Source: Candidatus Calditenuaceae archaeon HR02
GTDB lineage: Archaea > Thermoproteota > Nitrososphaeria_A > Caldarchaeales > Calditenuaceae
Direction: 5' to 3'
NCBI GenBank assembly: GCA_002898395.1
Contig: BEHE01000018.1
Coordinates: 1 to 27,704 of the forward strand
Length of the DNA stretch: 27,704 bases
The translations under genes were made by a program, and so were the position numbers. Shown here piece by piece: positions 26,445-27,704 of the stretch (within the stretch, counting starts at the first letter, position 1; every line of letters starts with the position of its first letter). Below the pieces are notes generated by a model. The model saw only the letters and a list, made by a program, of their open reading frames with translations. It searched no databases and was not told the origin of the DNA.

Positions 26445-27533
26445 ATGCCTCTCCGTGTAGTCGGGATAGACCCTGGCACTAGAAGTTTTGACATCTTTGG
26501 ACTAGAAGATGAGCATGTCATGGTTGATGTCTCTATACCGTCTGAAGATGTTGCCTTAAATCCGAGGCTCCTCGTAGACCTGCTCCACAGCTTAGAGCCT
26601 CTGGACCTAGTGGTTGGCCCTTCAGGCTATGGAATCCCGCTTAAACACATCTCAGAGATAAGTGGCGAGGACCTCTTCCTCATGACACTAGTAAGGCCAG
26701 ATGACAGGGACATACCGGTTCTCGTTGGTCTGAGCAGGGTCGTCCAAGAGCTGAAAAAATACGCCTTCAACATCTACTTCATACCGGGCGTGATACATCT
26801 CCCCACAGTTCCGCCGCACAGAAAGGTCAATTCAATAGACCTTGGTACCGCCGACAAACTATGCGTCGCGGCTCTTGCAGTTTACGACTACTCTAGGAGG
26901 CACGGCGTGCCGTTTAGAGACCCGTCTATATTGGTTGTGGAGGTTGGATATGGTTACAACGCCGCGATTGCAGTTGAACATGGAGTGATAGTTGATGGGG
27001 TGGGCGGGACAAAGGCGGGCCCGGGATTTCTAACTGCAGGTGGGCTCGATGGGGAGGTCGCATATCTCTTGGGGACCCTGAGGAAGGATATGCTCTTCAA
27101 GGGTGGGGTAAAGAGCATAGCAGGCACAGAAGTAGAGCCAGAAGACTTCCACAGACTGACCCAAAGCAGCAGGTCTGTGAAGATAGCGTGGGATGCCTTC
27201 ATCGAGGGCATAGAGAAGACGGTCTGGTCCCTCACACCTGTTCTCGGCAAAGTAGACGCGATACTCCTCTCAGGTAGGTTAAGTAGAGTCGAGCCAATAT
27301 ACAACGAGTTATCCAAGCGCCTGAAACGCATAGCCCAAGTCGAGAGGATTAAGGGCTTCGGAGCCAAGTCGAAAGAGGCTGCACAGGGCGCTGCACTGAT
27401 CGCTAACGGATTGGCTGGCGGCTTCGCAAAAGAATTAGTGGAGCACTTGAAGATAAGGGAGTCGAGCGGGACTGTGCTAGACCATGTATACATCGAGGAT
27501 TTGAAAGAGAAGATAATTGGGCACCGTGTTTAA
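26445..27533 (+). CDS. ASKHA-superfamily (actin/Hsp70/sugar-kinase fold) protein, DUF1464-like
   Basis: It has a phosphate-1 motif VVGIDPGTRSFD, DLGTADK, a phosphate-2-like VVEVGYGYNA, and GGLDGE. The size and layout fit the archaeal DUF1464 family. Confidence 0.7.
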   Translation: MPLRVVGIDPGTRSFDIFGLEDEHVMVDVSIPSEDVALNPRLLVDLLHSLEPLDLVVGPSGYGIPLKHISEISGEDLFLMTLVRPDDRDIPVLVGLSRVVQELKKYAFNIYFIPGVIHLPTVPPHRKVNSIDLGTADKLCVAALAVYDYSRRHGVPFRDPSILVVEVGYGYNAAIAVEHGVIVDGVGGTKAGPGFLTAGGLDGEVAYLLGTLRKDMLFKGGVKSIAGTEVEPEDFHRLTQSSRSVKIAWDAFIEGIEKTVWSLTPVLGKVDAILLSGRLSRVEPIYNELSKRLKRIAQVERIKGFGAKSKEAAQGAALIANGLAGGFAKELVEHLKIRESSGTVLDHVYIEDLKEKIIGHRV

Positions 27534-27704
27534 CTGTATAATGTTTAATTCAAGTCTCGATTAATGTTTAGACCATTAAGCCGAGGCTATGTGTCCTCTT
27601 TACATATGAGTGTTCTGCAACCCAGTCCCAGTATTCTGGGAGTTTCGTGCCATCCAACTGACATGCAGTCCTCCGGGGAGTGTATGAGCCTGTAAAGCCA
27701 CTAA

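Noticed and set aside
26954-27493. Minus-strand 179 aa ORF.
   Set aside because: It is antisense to the ASKHA-fold gene, which carries all the phosphate and adenosine motifs.
27539-27570. Direct repeat taatgttta at 27539-27547 and 27562-27570, downstream of the last gene.
   Set aside because: It is a short repeat in an A/T-rich intergenic stretch and could easily arise by chance. There is no associated structure or coding signal.

Overview
This 27.7 kb window is a gene-dense archaeal chromosomal segment. All calls come from by-eye motif reading only. The archaeal assignment rests on a PriL primase subunit, an archaeal-type short TIM, a PDCD5-like protein, a tRNA without encoded CCA, and A/T-rich TATA boxes about 27 nt upstream of start codons. 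A Desulfurococcales-like crenarchaeal origin is my inference.

Housekeeping and metabolic genes:
- tpiA, carrying an unexpected in-frame KH-domain N-terminus
- a phnD-phnC-phnE ABC transporter plus a tightly coupled polytopic membrane protein
- tRNA-Val(GAC)
- a Gfo/Idh/MocA oxidoreductase, an aldo/keto reductase and a GlcD-like FAD oxidase
- a PDCD5-like protein, priL and glyA
- a PduO-type corrinoid adenosyltransferase, a DUF3786-like protein, a PCu(A)C-like copper chaperone and a DUF1464/ASKHA-fold protein

Accessory and unusual content:
1. A small IS110/IS1111-like DEDD recombinase gene (943-1818) is followed by a roughly 180 nt 3' end with conserved hairpins. A 5'-truncated second copy 20 kb away (22120-22560) keeps exactly this 3' part. 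Helices are preserved between the copies while the loops differ. This is my best candidate for an RNA-guided (bridge/seek-RNA-like) archaeal recombinase system.
2. A three-gene minus-strand operon (7798-14486) is dominated by a 1590 aa protein. It fuses a degenerate M28/PA peptidase-like ectodomain to tandem FtsX/MacB-type permease halves. It has a Yip1-like partner and an unknown partner, and no ABC ATPase.
3. A coiled-coil/membrane gene is split by a single in-frame TAA, downstream of an SRPBCC-membrane fusion protein.
4. A frameshifted SPPY methyltransferase lies next to the IS-like element.

No CRISPR array or rRNA was seen.
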